Source: Candidatus Helarchaeota archaeon (GTDB lineage: Archaea; Asgardarchaeota; Lokiarchaeia; Helarchaeales; RDOG01). From it: DNA of 64,000 nucleotides. The DNA is taken from positions 1,339,726 to 1,403,725 of the forward strand of contig JAHPZH010000002.1 of NCBI GenBank assembly GCA_019058315.1. The letters run 5' to 3'. A program made the position numbers and the translations under genes. Shown piece by piece: positions 1-10,248 of this stretch. The notes under the pieces are model-generated. The model worked only from the letters and a program-made list of their open reading frames with translations. It was not told the DNA's origin and ran no database searches. Every line of letters starts with the position of its first letter. Positions within the stretch are counted from its first letter, which is position 1.

Positions 1-1055
1 GGAACGAATACATCATATCCTTTTTCAGTACCTATGGAGAGGATATCAAACTTTTTTCCTTTAACAGTCTTAGATTCCAACCTTAATAACGGAAACAGAT
101 ATATTGGGAATATAGGTGATTCAGGACCTTTCCTTTTCTCTAATTCCTTGAATAGATTCTTCGCACTACTCATTCTACTCTTAATATCGCCATCCCAATA
201 TCCTAGTTGTGCTTTTATAAATTTCTCATCCATATTATCAAGATTTTTGATGTAAATCCCATCTACATTATTAATAACTAATCCTAGTTCTTCACCTATC
301 TGTTTTTCAAATTCTGGCTTAAAAAACAAATGTGGTATATATTCTCCTTTAGGAATTGTGAAAGGTACCGACTCTATTCTATATTTATAATGTTTTCCTG
401 TGCCATTACATTCTTTACAAAATATCTTACCAAGATTTGGCTTACAATCACCACAAACCGACTTTGCACTCCCACCACAGTCACTGCATGCTATTTTTCC
501 TGATCCTAAGCATTCTCCACACTGATAATTCATGGATTTTTTGTCTTTTTTATCTGTATTTCCATCAACAACTTCTATTTCAATTTTTAATTGCCCAGTT
601 CCATCGCATTTTTTACATTTTACTGATCCCTTTCCCTCACATTTTTTACACTTAATTTCTCCTGTACCACCACATTTTTCACAATTTTTGTAACCCTTTC
701 CAACACATTTTTTGCAATTTACACTTGAAATTGAATCATACATTGGAAGTGCCTGTTCACCTTCCCAGTCTAAGGAATTCACATTTTTTTTAAATTGGTA
801 AAATTTTGTCTTTTCCAATTTTTTTAGGTCTGCATCTACTTCTTCAGAAGTTTTAGCTGCTTTTTCGGGAGAAAATTTGGATCTAAAGAAGAAAACAGCG
901 CTCTTAACAACATTCTTCACAGACTCAGCAGCTGAAATGTTGCCTTTTTCAAATTTAACTCCTTTTACTCCAAACTTTTTCTCTAATTTGTCGGCAGATG
1001 TCTTTTCTACAAATTTAGCAAACACATCGTCACTTAATGGACTTTTAACACTCAT
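1..1055 (-). CDS. DnaJ-type zinc-finger (CxxCxGxG repeat) protein without J domain, SSUH2-like; 3' end runs off the window
   Basis: Not in the ORF track (no stop in window). Manual translation from ATG 1055 gives MSVKSPLSDD...NCKKCVGKG-CEKCGGTG-CKKCEGKG-CKKCDGTG...CGECLGSG-CSDCGGSA-CGDC-CKECNGTG: 8 CxxC motifs, frame open to position 3. Confidence 0.8.
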   Translation of the reverse strand, partial: MSVKSPLSDDVFAKFVEKTSADKLEKKFGVKGVKFEKGNISAAESVKNVVKSAVFFFRSKFSPEKAAKTSEEVDADLKKLEKTKFYQFKKNVNSLDWEGEQALPMYDSISSVNCKKCVGKGYKNCEKCGGTGEIKCKKCEGKGSVKCKKCDGTGQLKIEIEVVDGNTDKKDKKSMNYQCGECLGSGKIACSDCGGSAKSVCGDCKPNLGKIFCKECNGTGKHYKYRIESVPFTIPKGEYIPHLFFKPEFEKQIGEELGLVINNVDGIYIKNLDNMDEKFIKAQLGYWDGDIKSRMSSAKNLFKELEKRKGPESPIFPIYLFPLLRLESKTVKGKKFDILSIGTEKGYDVFV

Positions 1056-1110
1056 TGTACCACCATTTAAAGTTTTTATTTTTAATTGTGTTATATAAAA
1101 GGAGTAGTAT

Positions 1111-1761
1111 TTAAAGTTCAGTCTTCATATCTTCGTCCGCTTTTAATATTTCAAATTCATATGGCATCTTTAGGTAGTTATATGTTATAAGAGTTATGAA
1201 CGAAATGGCTAACCAGATACAATAAGAAAATGCAAGAGACCAATATGGGGCAAGTTGTAACGCACCAAATTGTGTTGAAAAGAAATCCAATAATGTCCCA
1301 TATGCAGAAATGCAGAAAATAAGAAAGGGACCAAATAATTTTTCAATATGCTCAATCTTATCAAAAAATTTCCTAAAAAGAGAACTGGTTTTACGCAGGA
1401 TTTTTGGAGCTTCAGAAATAACCGAACTTGCAGCACCTATGAAAAAAACCCAAATAATCATCTCCAAAGGAACACCTAATATCTGAATTCTTCCGCCTAG
1501 AAAAAGATACCATCCTACAAAAGATCCATATGCTCCTAATATAAAAGTAGAAATGGCTGTTGCACAGCCAGCTAAAAAAGCATATTTTACTCTTTTAGTA
1601 GAAGGATTAAAGCTGATTAATATTAAAATAGTCCCCGCAATAGCTTCAATAAGCAAAAAATTTCTATATGTATCTTGATTATAAACATTATAAACTATTA
1701 GGAATAAAATCATAAATAGAATTGTTCCAATGATACCCGAAACTCGTTTTAAAGTTGGCAT
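1111..1761 (-). CDS. hypothetical multi-pass membrane protein
   Basis: 216 aa with about 6 hydrophobic segments; co-oriented with nadB. Confidence 0.7.
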   Translation of the reverse strand: MPTLKRVSGIIGTILFMILFLIVYNVYNQDTYRNFLLIEAIAGTILILISFNPSTKRVKYAFLAGCATAISTFILGAYGSFVGWYLFLGGRIQILGVPLEMIIWVFFIGAASSVISEAPKILRKTSSLFRKFFDKIEHIEKLFGPFLIFCISAYGTLLDFFSTQFGALQLAPYWSLAFSYCIWLAISFITLITYNYLKMPYEFEILKADEDMKTEL

Positions 1762-1806
1762 TGTTCCAATCCAATCTATTTTTTAATATAATCTTTTAAA
1801 TCTTAT

Positions 1807-3387
1807 TTATTTTTTTTGATTATTGCGTGCGCGAATCCTTATCAATGTATCAGATGGTTCATTCGATTTTTCGGGATAATCTAAAGTATAATGGAGTCCT
1901 CTACTTTCTTTTCTTAAAAGCGCAGAATTAATAATAATCTCAGCAACATCTGCAATGTTTCTCAGTTCAATTAAATCTGAGTTAATTTTAAAATCTCGGT
2001 AAAACTGAGCTATTTCCTCCTGCAAATTCTTTATTCGTCTTTTAGCTCTTAATAATCTTTTATCTGTTCTTACTATTCCTACATAATTCCACATAAGACG
2101 TCTAACTTCTTCCCAATTAAATGAAACTACTACCATTTCATCGCTGTCTACTGTTGAATTAGGGATCCATGAAATTACTTCACAAAAACCTATTCCTTTC
2201 TTTATTTGCTCTATACATTTATTAGCTGCATTATGTGCACAAACCAAAGCTTCAAGAAGCGAGTTTGAAGCTAATCTATTTGCACCATGAAGACCTGTAC
2301 AAGCCACTTCTCCTATTGCATATAAATTTTTAATATCTGTCTCCCCTGAAGTAGTAGTTTTAACACCTCCACATGCATAATGTGCTGCTGGAATTACCGG
2401 AATTGGTTGTTTAGTCATATCAATTCCAAAGGATAAACAAGTTTTATAAATATTGGGAAATCTTTTTCGAATAAAATCAGAATCTTTAAAGGAAAGATCC
2501 AAAAAAACACAATCATCACCGCTTTTTTTCAACTCATTATCAATTGCACGGGCAACAATATCTCGTGGAGCTAATTCTTTTAATTCATGATATTTTTCCA
2601 TGAACCGATTACCACTATTATCTAATAAAATTGCTCCCTCTCCTCTCAAAGCTTCGGAGATTAAAAAAGACTTTGCATAAGGATGATATAGGCAAGTAGG
2701 ATGAAATTGAACAAATTCCATATTAGCAATAGACGCCCCAGCTCGATAAGCCATAGCTACCCCATCACCACTTGCAATATCCGGATTAGATGTAAATAGA
2801 TAGACTTTTCCGATTCCTCCAGTTGCTAAAACAGTAATTTTAGCACAAATTTCTACTACTTCGCTGTCCTCTTTATTTAACACATAACACCCAATACATT
2901 GTCCATTTTCAGTAGCTAAATCAATAGCGATAAAATTTTCATGAATTTCAATATTCTTATTGTTAGATACTGCTGTTAATAAGGCTTGCTCAATTTCCCG
3001 TCCTGTAAAATCAGTGGCATGTAAGACTCTTCTATGAGTATGCCCTCCCTCTTTTCCAAGATCATAATCTTTTCCATCTTCACTTTTTGAGAATTGAACT
3101 CCTAATTCAATTAATTCTTTTACTCTTATAGGAGCTGTTTTAATAATTTCTTCAACGACTTCTCGTTTACACAGTCCATCTCCTGATATTAAAGTGTCTT
3201 GTATATGCGAATCAAAAGAATCAAGGGGTGACATAACAGCAGCTATCCCTCCTTGTGCATAATTTGTGTTTGACTCGGCCTTTTCCTTTTTTGTAATTAT
3301 CATCACTTTACCATGATTACTGACTTTCAATGAAAAAGTCAATCCAGCAATACCAGATCCGATAACTAGGAAATCGGTTTCTATCAA
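1807..3387 (-). CDS. nadB: L-aspartate oxidase
   Basis: GSGIAG FAD motif, NTNYAQGGIA, EGGH, QFHPT, LISEALRGEG, AHYACGG, GLHGANRLASNSLLE, ESRGLH. Confidence 0.95.
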   Translation of the reverse strand: MIETDFLVIGSGIAGLTFSLKVSNHGKVMIITKKEKAESNTNYAQGGIAAVMSPLDSFDSHIQDTLISGDGLCKREVVEEIIKTAPIRVKELIELGVQFSKSEDGKDYDLGKEGGHTHRRVLHATDFTGREIEQALLTAVSNNKNIEIHENFIAIDLATENGQCIGCYVLNKEDSEVVEICAKITVLATGGIGKVYLFTSNPDIASGDGVAMAYRAGASIANMEFVQFHPTCLYHPYAKSFLISEALRGEGAILLDNSGNRFMEKYHELKELAPRDIVARAIDNELKKSGDDCVFLDLSFKDSDFIRKRFPNIYKTCLSFGIDMTKQPIPVIPAAHYACGGVKTTTSGETDIKNLYAIGEVACTGLHGANRLASNSLLEALVCAHNAANKCIEQIKKGIGFCEVISWIPNSTVDSDEMVVVSFNWEEVRRLMWNYVGIVRTDKRLLRAKRRIKNLQEEIAQFYRDFKINSDLIELRNIADVAEIIINSALLRKESRGLHYTLDYPEKSNEPSDTLIRIRARNNQKK

Positions 3388-3412
3388 CTGAACACCTTAA
3401 ATTCATGAATCA

Positions 3413-4213
3413 TTATTTACCTTTAAACTTAGGTTTTCTTTTTTCAAAAAATGACATAACTCCTTCTCGATAATCATTTGTTTTCGCCATTTTTATTTGT
3501 GTCTGCCTTTCTTCCTCGGCTTGTGCTTCTTCAGATTGCTTAAAATAATTATAAAGCATCTTTTTCGTAGCTTGTACCGCTAATGGTGGTCCAGCAGCTA
3601 TTTTTTTTGCATATTCCATTGTCGCGGTTTCTAATTCTGCTTGAGGAACAATTTTATTTATTAAACCAAGATCTAAAGCCTCCTTTGCAGAGATGCTATC
3701 ACCAATTAGGCAAAGTTCAGCTGCTTTCTTAAGACTAACTAATTTTGGTAAAATTAATGTTGAATGTCCTGCGGCTATTAAACCTACTTTGACAAAACTC
3801 ACACTAAAATTTGAATTATCTGCAGCAATCACAATATCACATGCTAGGGCAAGAGTCATCCCTGCACCAATTGCAAATCCATGAACTGAAGCAATAACTG
3901 GCTTAGAAATCTTTTGAACTTTGGGAATTGCAGTATAAATGGCTTTTAACAAATTATTCATATAAATATCAGGATTATCATCTAAAGTATTCCTCATCTC
4001 TTTTAAATTTCCACCTGAACTAAACCCTTTTCCAGCACCTTTCAGTACTATAACTCTTACATCAGAATCTTTATCACATTCGTCTAAAGCTTTATGCAAT
4101 TCAGTTGAAATCACAACACCTAAAGCATTGCGATTTTTAGGTGCATTTAATGTGATAATTGCTATATGTCCCTCTTTCTCAACAATTAATTCTTCATAAT
4201 TCAATTTAATCAT
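3413..4213 (-). CDS. enoyl-CoA hydratase/isomerase family protein
   Basis: FSSGGNL, VHGFAIGAG, LALACD, C-terminal FFEKRKPKFKG. Confidence 0.9.
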   Translation of the reverse strand: MIKLNYEELIVEKEGHIAIITLNAPKNRNALGVVISTELHKALDECDKDSDVRVIVLKGAGKGFSSGGNLKEMRNTLDDNPDIYMNNLLKAIYTAIPKVQKISKPVIASVHGFAIGAGMTLALACDIVIAADNSNFSVSFVKVGLIAAGHSTLILPKLVSLKKAAELCLIGDSISAKEALDLGLINKIVPQAELETATMEYAKKIAAGPPLAVQATKKMLYNYFKQSEEAQAEEERQTQIKMAKTNDYREGVMSFFEKRKPKFKGK

Positions 4214-4342
4214 CTAACCTTATTGATTTGAGTTTTTTAAATATCTAATTATTTCTGTAATTATACATATTATTAATTTTAGAATTTAATAAAAAAACTT
4301 GAAATAATAAGCTTAAAATGTAAAATATTAATTTATTATTAA

Positions 4343-4624
4343 TTATTCTTCTTCTTTTCGACGATAATAAGCAACTATAGCGATTAAAACAACAACTATG
4401 CCTATTAGAACGCCTATATAAATGTACCTAGGATCTATATAAAATTCAGGTAACCAATCCTCCCAAGTACGTGGATCCCTCGGATTTGGAAGTTCAGGTA
4501 TAACCGGGGGAACATATTCAATTTTGGGATAAGGTTCTATTAAAGGGTAAAAAAAGAACCACAATATAAAGGAAAAAAATATGATTCCGAGAAAAAATAA
4601 TCTAAAAAATATAACATCTTTCAT
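4343..4624 (-). CDS. small membrane protein with Pro-rich loop
   Basis: Two hydrophobic segments flanking a Pro-rich linker; basic/acidic tail. Confidence 0.55.
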   Translation of the reverse strand: MKDVIFFRLFFLGIIFFSFILWFFFYPLIEPYPKIEYVPPVIPELPNPRDPRTWEDWLPEFYIDPRYIYIGVLIGIVVVLIAIVAYYRRKEEE

Positions 4625-4678
4625 AATCTTCAGATCTCTAAAAACCTTTAAGAATTATTTTTTAATTTTATTAAAAGT

Positions 4679-5944
4679 ATGAAGACTGATAAAAGTTATC
4701 AAAATTATATGCTCGAATTTATTGAACGAATATGCAGAGACATTGGACCTAGATTGGCAACCACAGAGAAAGAATACCAAGCCATTGATGAGATTGAGAA
4801 GGAATTAAAAGATTTTTCAGACGAAACCATTCGAGACGAATTTTATTGCACGAATAAAGCCTATCCTGGTGGATTTACTCATGTGGCAGGTGTCTTATGC
4901 ATTATAGGCTTTTGTTTCTTTCCAACCCCATTATCCATTTTAACAACAATTTTATGTGCATTAGGTATTTTAGTGCTTATATTAGAACTAATGGTTCTGG
5001 TAGAATTCATTGATTTCTTATATCCCAAGAGGAAATCATTCAATATATTTGGAAAAATTAAGCCCATATCTTCTCCTAAAAAGCTAATAATCTTTGGAGG
5101 ACACTCAGATTCGGCATATAATTTTCCATTTACAAAATATGGAACAAAAATGAATACGATGATGTATTTAGGAATTGGATTGGCAGTATATGCGATTTTA
5201 TTGTCTCCAATTAAATTTATTCTTCAATTTATTATCCAAGATTTTGTAATTTGGGAGTTAATGTTTACTGGAATACCAATTTTTACATTTACAATAATAG
5301 ATGTTATATTTTTTATTCCTTTCATAGCTTGGTTTCCATTTTTTTTATATATTATTATAAGATTTGTAGGAAAAACATTAGTTCCTGGTGCAAATGATAA
5401 CCTTTCTGGGGTTGCAGTTGCTTTAGCTATTGGAAAATATTTAGCAGCAGACCATCGCCCTCAAAACGTCGAAGTATGGATTGGGTCTTTCGGAGCAGAA
5501 GAAGTAGGACAACGAGGATCTAAAGCATTTGTAAGAAAATATGGAAAAAAGGGAATTTTAGATAATAGTTTAAGTGTAGCTCTTGAATCTGTTGGGGGTG
5601 GTGAAGGTATTGGTATTCTAACAACAGAGAAGATGTATTTTACCACTCATTATAAGGAAGTTTACGAACCAATGTATGAAGCATTTCAAAAATATGAAAG
5701 CGAAAATAAAGGAGTTGTCCCTGGTCAACTACATGAGGCGGTATTTGCAGGAACTGATGCAGTCCGATTTTCAAAAAAAGGATATCCCGCTTGTGCTGTT
5801 GTCGGCGGGGCTATTGAGACGTTATTTCTGAAAAACTGGCACTCACCAGCCGATATTCCTGAGAATTTAAATAAGAGATTAATGAGAGATGTTCTAGAAA
5901 CATGCTTACATTTCATTGAATTAATAGATCAGAGGATATCATAA
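4679..5944 (+). CDS. M28 family metallopeptidase with inserted transmembrane segments
   Basis: Zn-ligand motifs GGHSDS, GANDNLSG, GAEEVG, LESVG, WHSPAD; internal hydrophobic helices. Confidence 0.85.
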   Translation: MKTDKSYQNYMLEFIERICRDIGPRLATTEKEYQAIDEIEKELKDFSDETIRDEFYCTNKAYPGGFTHVAGVLCIIGFCFFPTPLSILTTILCALGILVLILELMVLVEFIDFLYPKRKSFNIFGKIKPISSPKKLIIFGGHSDSAYNFPFTKYGTKMNTMMYLGIGLAVYAILLSPIKFILQFIIQDFVIWELMFTGIPIFTFTIIDVIFFIPFIAWFPFFLYIIIRFVGKTLVPGANDNLSGVAVALAIGKYLAADHRPQNVEVWIGSFGAEEVGQRGSKAFVRKYGKKGILDNSLSVALESVGGGEGIGILTTEKMYFTTHYKEVYEPMYEAFQKYESENKGVVPGQLHEAVFAGTDAVRFSKKGYPACAVVGGAIETLFLKNWHSPADIPENLNKRLMRDVLETCLHFIELIDQRIS

Positions 5945-6146
5945 TTACTTTTTATTAAAAGAAGACTGATAAATTTATCAAAAGAATATTGAGATATTTC
6001 TGACCACTTATTTTAAATTTAAATTAGTATAATACAAAAGCAAAAAAGTAAGGGATTTTAATTCTTAGATATAGATTTTGGATATCATATATGAAGAGAT
6101 GAGATTCAAGTTTTTTTTTAGAAAAAAATAAAAGGAGAAGATTAAG

Positions 6147-7601
6147 TTGGATGAGTGTATTCATAAAGTCGCAAAATCGATTATGGACACGATGGGGAAA
6201 ATTACAGGTGTTAGAGTTTATGTTTCAATTGCAGATCATAAAGGAGACATAATTTATTCCGATTCTGCATTTGATAATTATAAAGATTTTATTAAAACAT
6301 TTGTCCAAGTAAACTTTAAATATCTTCAAAAAGGGGACCATTCCATCCCTCTTAGCTCAGAAAATATAATCTTTTTCAAAAGTTCCGACAATTCTATGAT
6401 AATATTATATAACCCAAAGGGAAAAATAGGGCAATTATTAACATTCAAAGGTATAATGGACAATTATACCAATTCTCTTGAAGAGTGTACCTTACAAATT
6501 GAGAGTGTTCCAATAAAAGAAATTGAACAACCTCTAGGTATACCTCTTATAGAAATAAAAGTTCCAATTTTCTCTCTCAAAGAGAAATTATATAAAAATT
6601 TAATACCTGTTCTCGAGAAAAAAGTTAAGGAACAAAAGAAATTCAGTTTAACTGAAGGTATTGTTCTTAATAAGTGTGATGGCAACCAAAATCTATTTAA
6701 TATTATAAAAAGTGTGGAACTTAAAGAAGATGAAGTTCTAAATATTCTAGATACTTTTTCAGAAAAAAACCAATTGTGTTTTAAAGAATTCGAAATTTTA
6801 AAAGTAAATTGTCCTCTTTGCAAAAATCATACAACTTTATTTTTACCTGAATTTATTTTGGATAAAGTTGAAAATAAATTACGAGTTCAACTTGATCCAG
6901 AAGACTGTGATCATACTTTTGTGGCATTGATTGATAAAAAATTAAGAATTAAAACCAAAGCAATTGAGAGCTTGTCTAACTCTAGCGATGAATTGGATAC
7001 TTCAAAATTATCCATAAAAAATTTAATTTCTTTCTTAGGTGAAGATCTATTCTTCAACATTTTTCATGCAATTTTTATCCAGTTGAAAATAGTGTTTATA
7101 GGAGAAGAACCAGTTATTAGAGATATTACTCAATTTTTTAAAAAAATTTTTCCGCAAATAAAATATGAAGAAGATATCATCTGTATTAATCAGACCGAAT
7201 TTAAAAAGAATTTCAAAAAATATAAAAAAAATCTCATTATTGACTTTAATTCTCATATAATTGTTAACCCATTTCAAGAAGATTTGTTTGATTTCGAATC
7301 AAAATTATTAAAAAACGTATTAAAAATCGAAGATGAAAATTTACAAATTTTAACAACTAATTCAGAATTTGAACACTTAATTTTATTGACTGAAAAAATT
7401 TTAAAAGATATTGAATTTTTTCAAACTATATCAGAGGATGTTTTAATAAAAAATGTAGAAACATTGCATGGAATTAAACTCAATCGTTATGAAATTCCTT
7501 TAATCAAACAAATTTCTAATATTTATTATGGTACTGATATTTCTAAAAAAATTACCAGCACAATCTCTAGTCAAGTAAGTAGCTGGTTCGATAAATGGTA
7601 A
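6147..7601 (+). CDS. Asgard-type multidomain protein: putative longin/roadblock-like N-terminus, NPRL2-like winged helix, CxxC zinc ribbon, cDENN-like C-terminus
   Basis: IPVL...CDGNQNLFNII...EDEVLNILDTF resembles the NPRL2 VPVF...IDG segment; CPLC...CDHTF; IFHAIFIQLKIVFIG...FFKKIFP resembles the cDENN core. The ORF is confident; the domain calls are by eye. Confidence 0.55.
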   Translation: MDECIHKVAKSIMDTMGKITGVRVYVSIADHKGDIIYSDSAFDNYKDFIKTFVQVNFKYLQKGDHSIPLSSENIIFFKSSDNSMIILYNPKGKIGQLLTFKGIMDNYTNSLEECTLQIESVPIKEIEQPLGIPLIEIKVPIFSLKEKLYKNLIPVLEKKVKEQKKFSLTEGIVLNKCDGNQNLFNIIKSVELKEDEVLNILDTFSEKNQLCFKEFEILKVNCPLCKNHTTLFLPEFILDKVENKLRVQLDPEDCDHTFVALIDKKLRIKTKAIESLSNSSDELDTSKLSIKNLISFLGEDLFFNIFHAIFIQLKIVFIGEEPVIRDITQFFKKIFPQIKYEEDIICINQTEFKKNFKKYKKNLIIDFNSHIIVNPFQEDLFDFESKLLKNVLKIEDENLQILTTNSEFEHLILLTEKILKDIEFFQTISEDVLIKNVETLHGIKLNRYEIPLIKQISNIYYGTDISKKITSTISSQVSSWFDKW

Positions 7602-7688
7602 ATAGTATGATAAAAAAATTATTATAATAAAATGAAAAGAGGGGATATATTAAATTCGAATATATAAGTTTTAGAAAAAATGGAATAA

Positions 7689-8087
7689 ATGAGAAAAATG
7701 GGATTTATAAAATTTCTAAATGGTATAATGAGAAGACTTTTACTTACAAATACGCAATTGGATTCCATTTCTCAAGAAAAATCTGATGGAAATGTTATAC
7801 AAGATAAAATGACTTTAAATATTCAGACTTTTACAAATATGATGTTTAATGATTTCTTTCAAATACAAGGCTATTCTGATGAAACATATCGACAGCTTTT
7901 TCAAGAAATTAACAATATTTTAAAGGAAAATCCAGTTCTTGCACCAACACTATTTGCACATTTAAAGAGATTTAGCGATTATTCAAGAGCAATGCATAAA
8001 AATTTGCGAAAATACCTAAAAGAACAATTAGGAGATCTCTTGGAAGAAAAAACAGATTTAGAGACTTCTGAAGGTTCTCTGGATTAA
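7689..8087 (+). CDS. hypothetical helical protein
   Basis: 132-aa ORF filling the gap, typical composition, no recognised motif. Confidence 0.6.
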   Translation: MRKMGFIKFLNGIMRRLLLTNTQLDSISQEKSDGNVIQDKMTLNIQTFTNMMFNDFFQIQGYSDETYRQLFQEINNILKENPVLAPTLFAHLKRFSDYSRAMHKNLRKYLKEQLGDLLEEKTDLETSEGSLD

Positions 8088-8198
8088 CTAAATAATTTAA
8101 ATAATTCGTTCTTTATGCCATCAAAACCCATTTTTAGATAAATTTTTATTATAATACATAATTTTTTATTTAATTTCTAATACTTGGGATGATATAAT

Positions 8199-9323
8199 AT
8201 GAAAGTGAAATTTGGAATTGAATTATTTTTTAGTCATAGTTATGATTTTGTAAGGAAAAAATTAAAGTCGGCGGTAAAAGAGGGTTGGGACTCGGTCTGG
8301 CTTCCTGATCATTTACGTGGAATGCCCCCTGGGTCTATCGATGATTTTCTTTGCGTATGGCCAATGTTAGGGTCATTTGCGGAGTTAGCTCCAGATATGA
8401 CATTTGGAGTCGGTGTAACTGAACCACATCGTCTTCATCCAGCGAGCCTTGCCCAAACTACAACTACACTGGATCATATAACGAATGGTAAATTTATTTT
8501 AGGAATTGGTGCGGGTGAAGCGATGAACTTAAAATGTTATGGAATTGATCATAGCTACGCAGTTTCAAAAATGAGGGAACATATGGAGATAATGCATGAA
8601 TTCTGGCATTCAGAAGGAAAAGAAATAAATTTTGATGGTCGGTTTTATCACCTAAAAAAGGCAGTCTTACTTCCTCCTCCCATACAACGATCCAAAGATG
8701 GAAAACCTCACGTACCTATTTGGGTGGCTGGTAATGGCCCTAAAACCAAACAGATGACCGGTGAATTAGCAGATGGGTGGATACCATTGCTCTCTTCTCC
8801 TAAACTTTATAAAGAAGATCTTGAAGATATTAAAAAAGCAATGGTTAAATCAAATCGAGATCCTAAAGATTTTACTGCAGGTGCCTATAGCCGAATATAC
8901 ATAAACAACGATGAAAAAAAGATTAAACAACATATAAATGGTCAAAAAATGGGTCTAATGATGGCTCCCCGCGTATTAAAATGCCATGGTTATTGGAAGG
9001 AAGAATATTGCGAGCTTTACGATGAAATTGGATTAAATCCAAATAGATTATCCATATTAGAATATGATTCGAATGATTTAAAGAAAATAAGGATAGATAA
9101 ACTATTTCCAATAATCAAAGATATTCCAGATGAAATGGTTAGAGAACAAGGATTAATAGGCAATGAGGAAGAAATAATAAAAAAATTTGAAAAATATATC
9201 CAATCTGGAGCAGAATATATTGTCTTAGAAATTTTAAACGGAGCTTCAAGAAAAAACGCACCTTTTACATACTTCGACGTCTCAAAAATATTAGCAGAAA
9301 AAATAATACCACAATTTCAGTAA
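8199..9323 (+). CDS. LLM-class (probably F420-dependent) oxidoreductase
   Basis: SVWLPDH, GKFILGIGAGEAMN (Fgd/Adf-like), IWVAGNGP, ADGW. Confidence 0.85.
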   Translation: MKVKFGIELFFSHSYDFVRKKLKSAVKEGWDSVWLPDHLRGMPPGSIDDFLCVWPMLGSFAELAPDMTFGVGVTEPHRLHPASLAQTTTTLDHITNGKFILGIGAGEAMNLKCYGIDHSYAVSKMREHMEIMHEFWHSEGKEINFDGRFYHLKKAVLLPPPIQRSKDGKPHVPIWVAGNGPKTKQMTGELADGWIPLLSSPKLYKEDLEDIKKAMVKSNRDPKDFTAGAYSRIYINNDEKKIKQHINGQKMGLMMAPRVLKCHGYWKEEYCELYDEIGLNPNRLSILEYDSNDLKKIRIDKLFPIIKDIPDEMVREQGLIGNEEEIIKKFEKYIQSGAEYIVLEILNGASRKNAPFTYFDVSKILAEKIIPQFQ

Positions 9324-9401
9324 TAACTCATTTTCAATCTTTAAAATTTAAAAATCTCTTTTGGATTGTAACTATACATAATTAAATTTGAGTTAAGTAA
9401 A

Positions 9402-10190
9402 ATGACAAACACATTAGATTTATTCAAATTAGAAGATAAAGTTGCAATAGTTACTGGTGGCGCAGCGGGGATTGGTATTGATATATGCCAAGCATTAGCA
9501 GATTTCGGTGCTAAAATAGTAGTTGTAGGGCGTGGAAAGCATGGTTCCGTGGATGATATTGCGAAAAAAATTTTAAAAAATCATAATACAGAAGCTATTG
9601 GTGTAAAATGTGATGTCGGAGACAAATCATCAGTTGAAAGTATGGTTAAGCAAGCTATAGATAAATTTGGAAAGGTGGATATATTAATAAATAATGCTGG
9701 AATAACCTGGGGCACACCTTCCGAAAAAATGGCATTAGATGATTGGGAAAAAGTAATTAGAACTAATCTAACTGGTTCATTCCTTTGTTCTCAAGCAGTT
9801 GCACAAGACATGATAGCCCGAAAACAAGGTGGGGTTATATTGAATACCTCAAGTATTTGGAGTATTAGAGGTGCAAATTGGGGTGCAGTAGGCTATGCTA
9901 GTTCAAAAGCGGGTTTAAATGGGATGACTCGCCAACTTGCTGTCGAATGGGCAAAACATAAAATCCGTGTTAATGCAATTTTATTGTCGTTTTTTCCTTC
10001 AGCTATGTCAAATTTCTTTATTGATAATTTCAAACGAATAATAAAAAGATCGACTCCATTAGGCCGAATTGGCTGTCCAGATGATTTTAAAGGGTTAGTA
10101 ATAGCATTGGTATCAGATGCGGGTGCTTTTGTAACGGGTCAAACTCTAGTAATAGATGGCGGAACAAGTATCGCAATGAGTGTAGGCTAA
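9402..10190 (+). CDS. short-chain dehydrogenase/reductase (SDR)
   Basis: TGGAAGIG, NNAG, catalytic YASSK, VTGQTLVIDGG. Confidence 0.92.
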   Translation: MTNTLDLFKLEDKVAIVTGGAAGIGIDICQALADFGAKIVVVGRGKHGSVDDIAKKILKNHNTEAIGVKCDVGDKSSVESMVKQAIDKFGKVDILINNAGITWGTPSEKMALDDWEKVIRTNLTGSFLCSQAVAQDMIARKQGGVILNTSSIWSIRGANWGAVGYASSKAGLNGMTRQLAVEWAKHKIRVNAILLSFFPSAMSNFFIDNFKRIIKRSTPLGRIGCPDDFKGLVIALVSDAGAFVTGQTLVIDGGTSIAMSVG

Positions 10191-10248
10191 TTTAACAAAT
10201 CTAAAAATTTATTTTTTATTCTAATTTGCACTTAGAACTTATTCTAAC

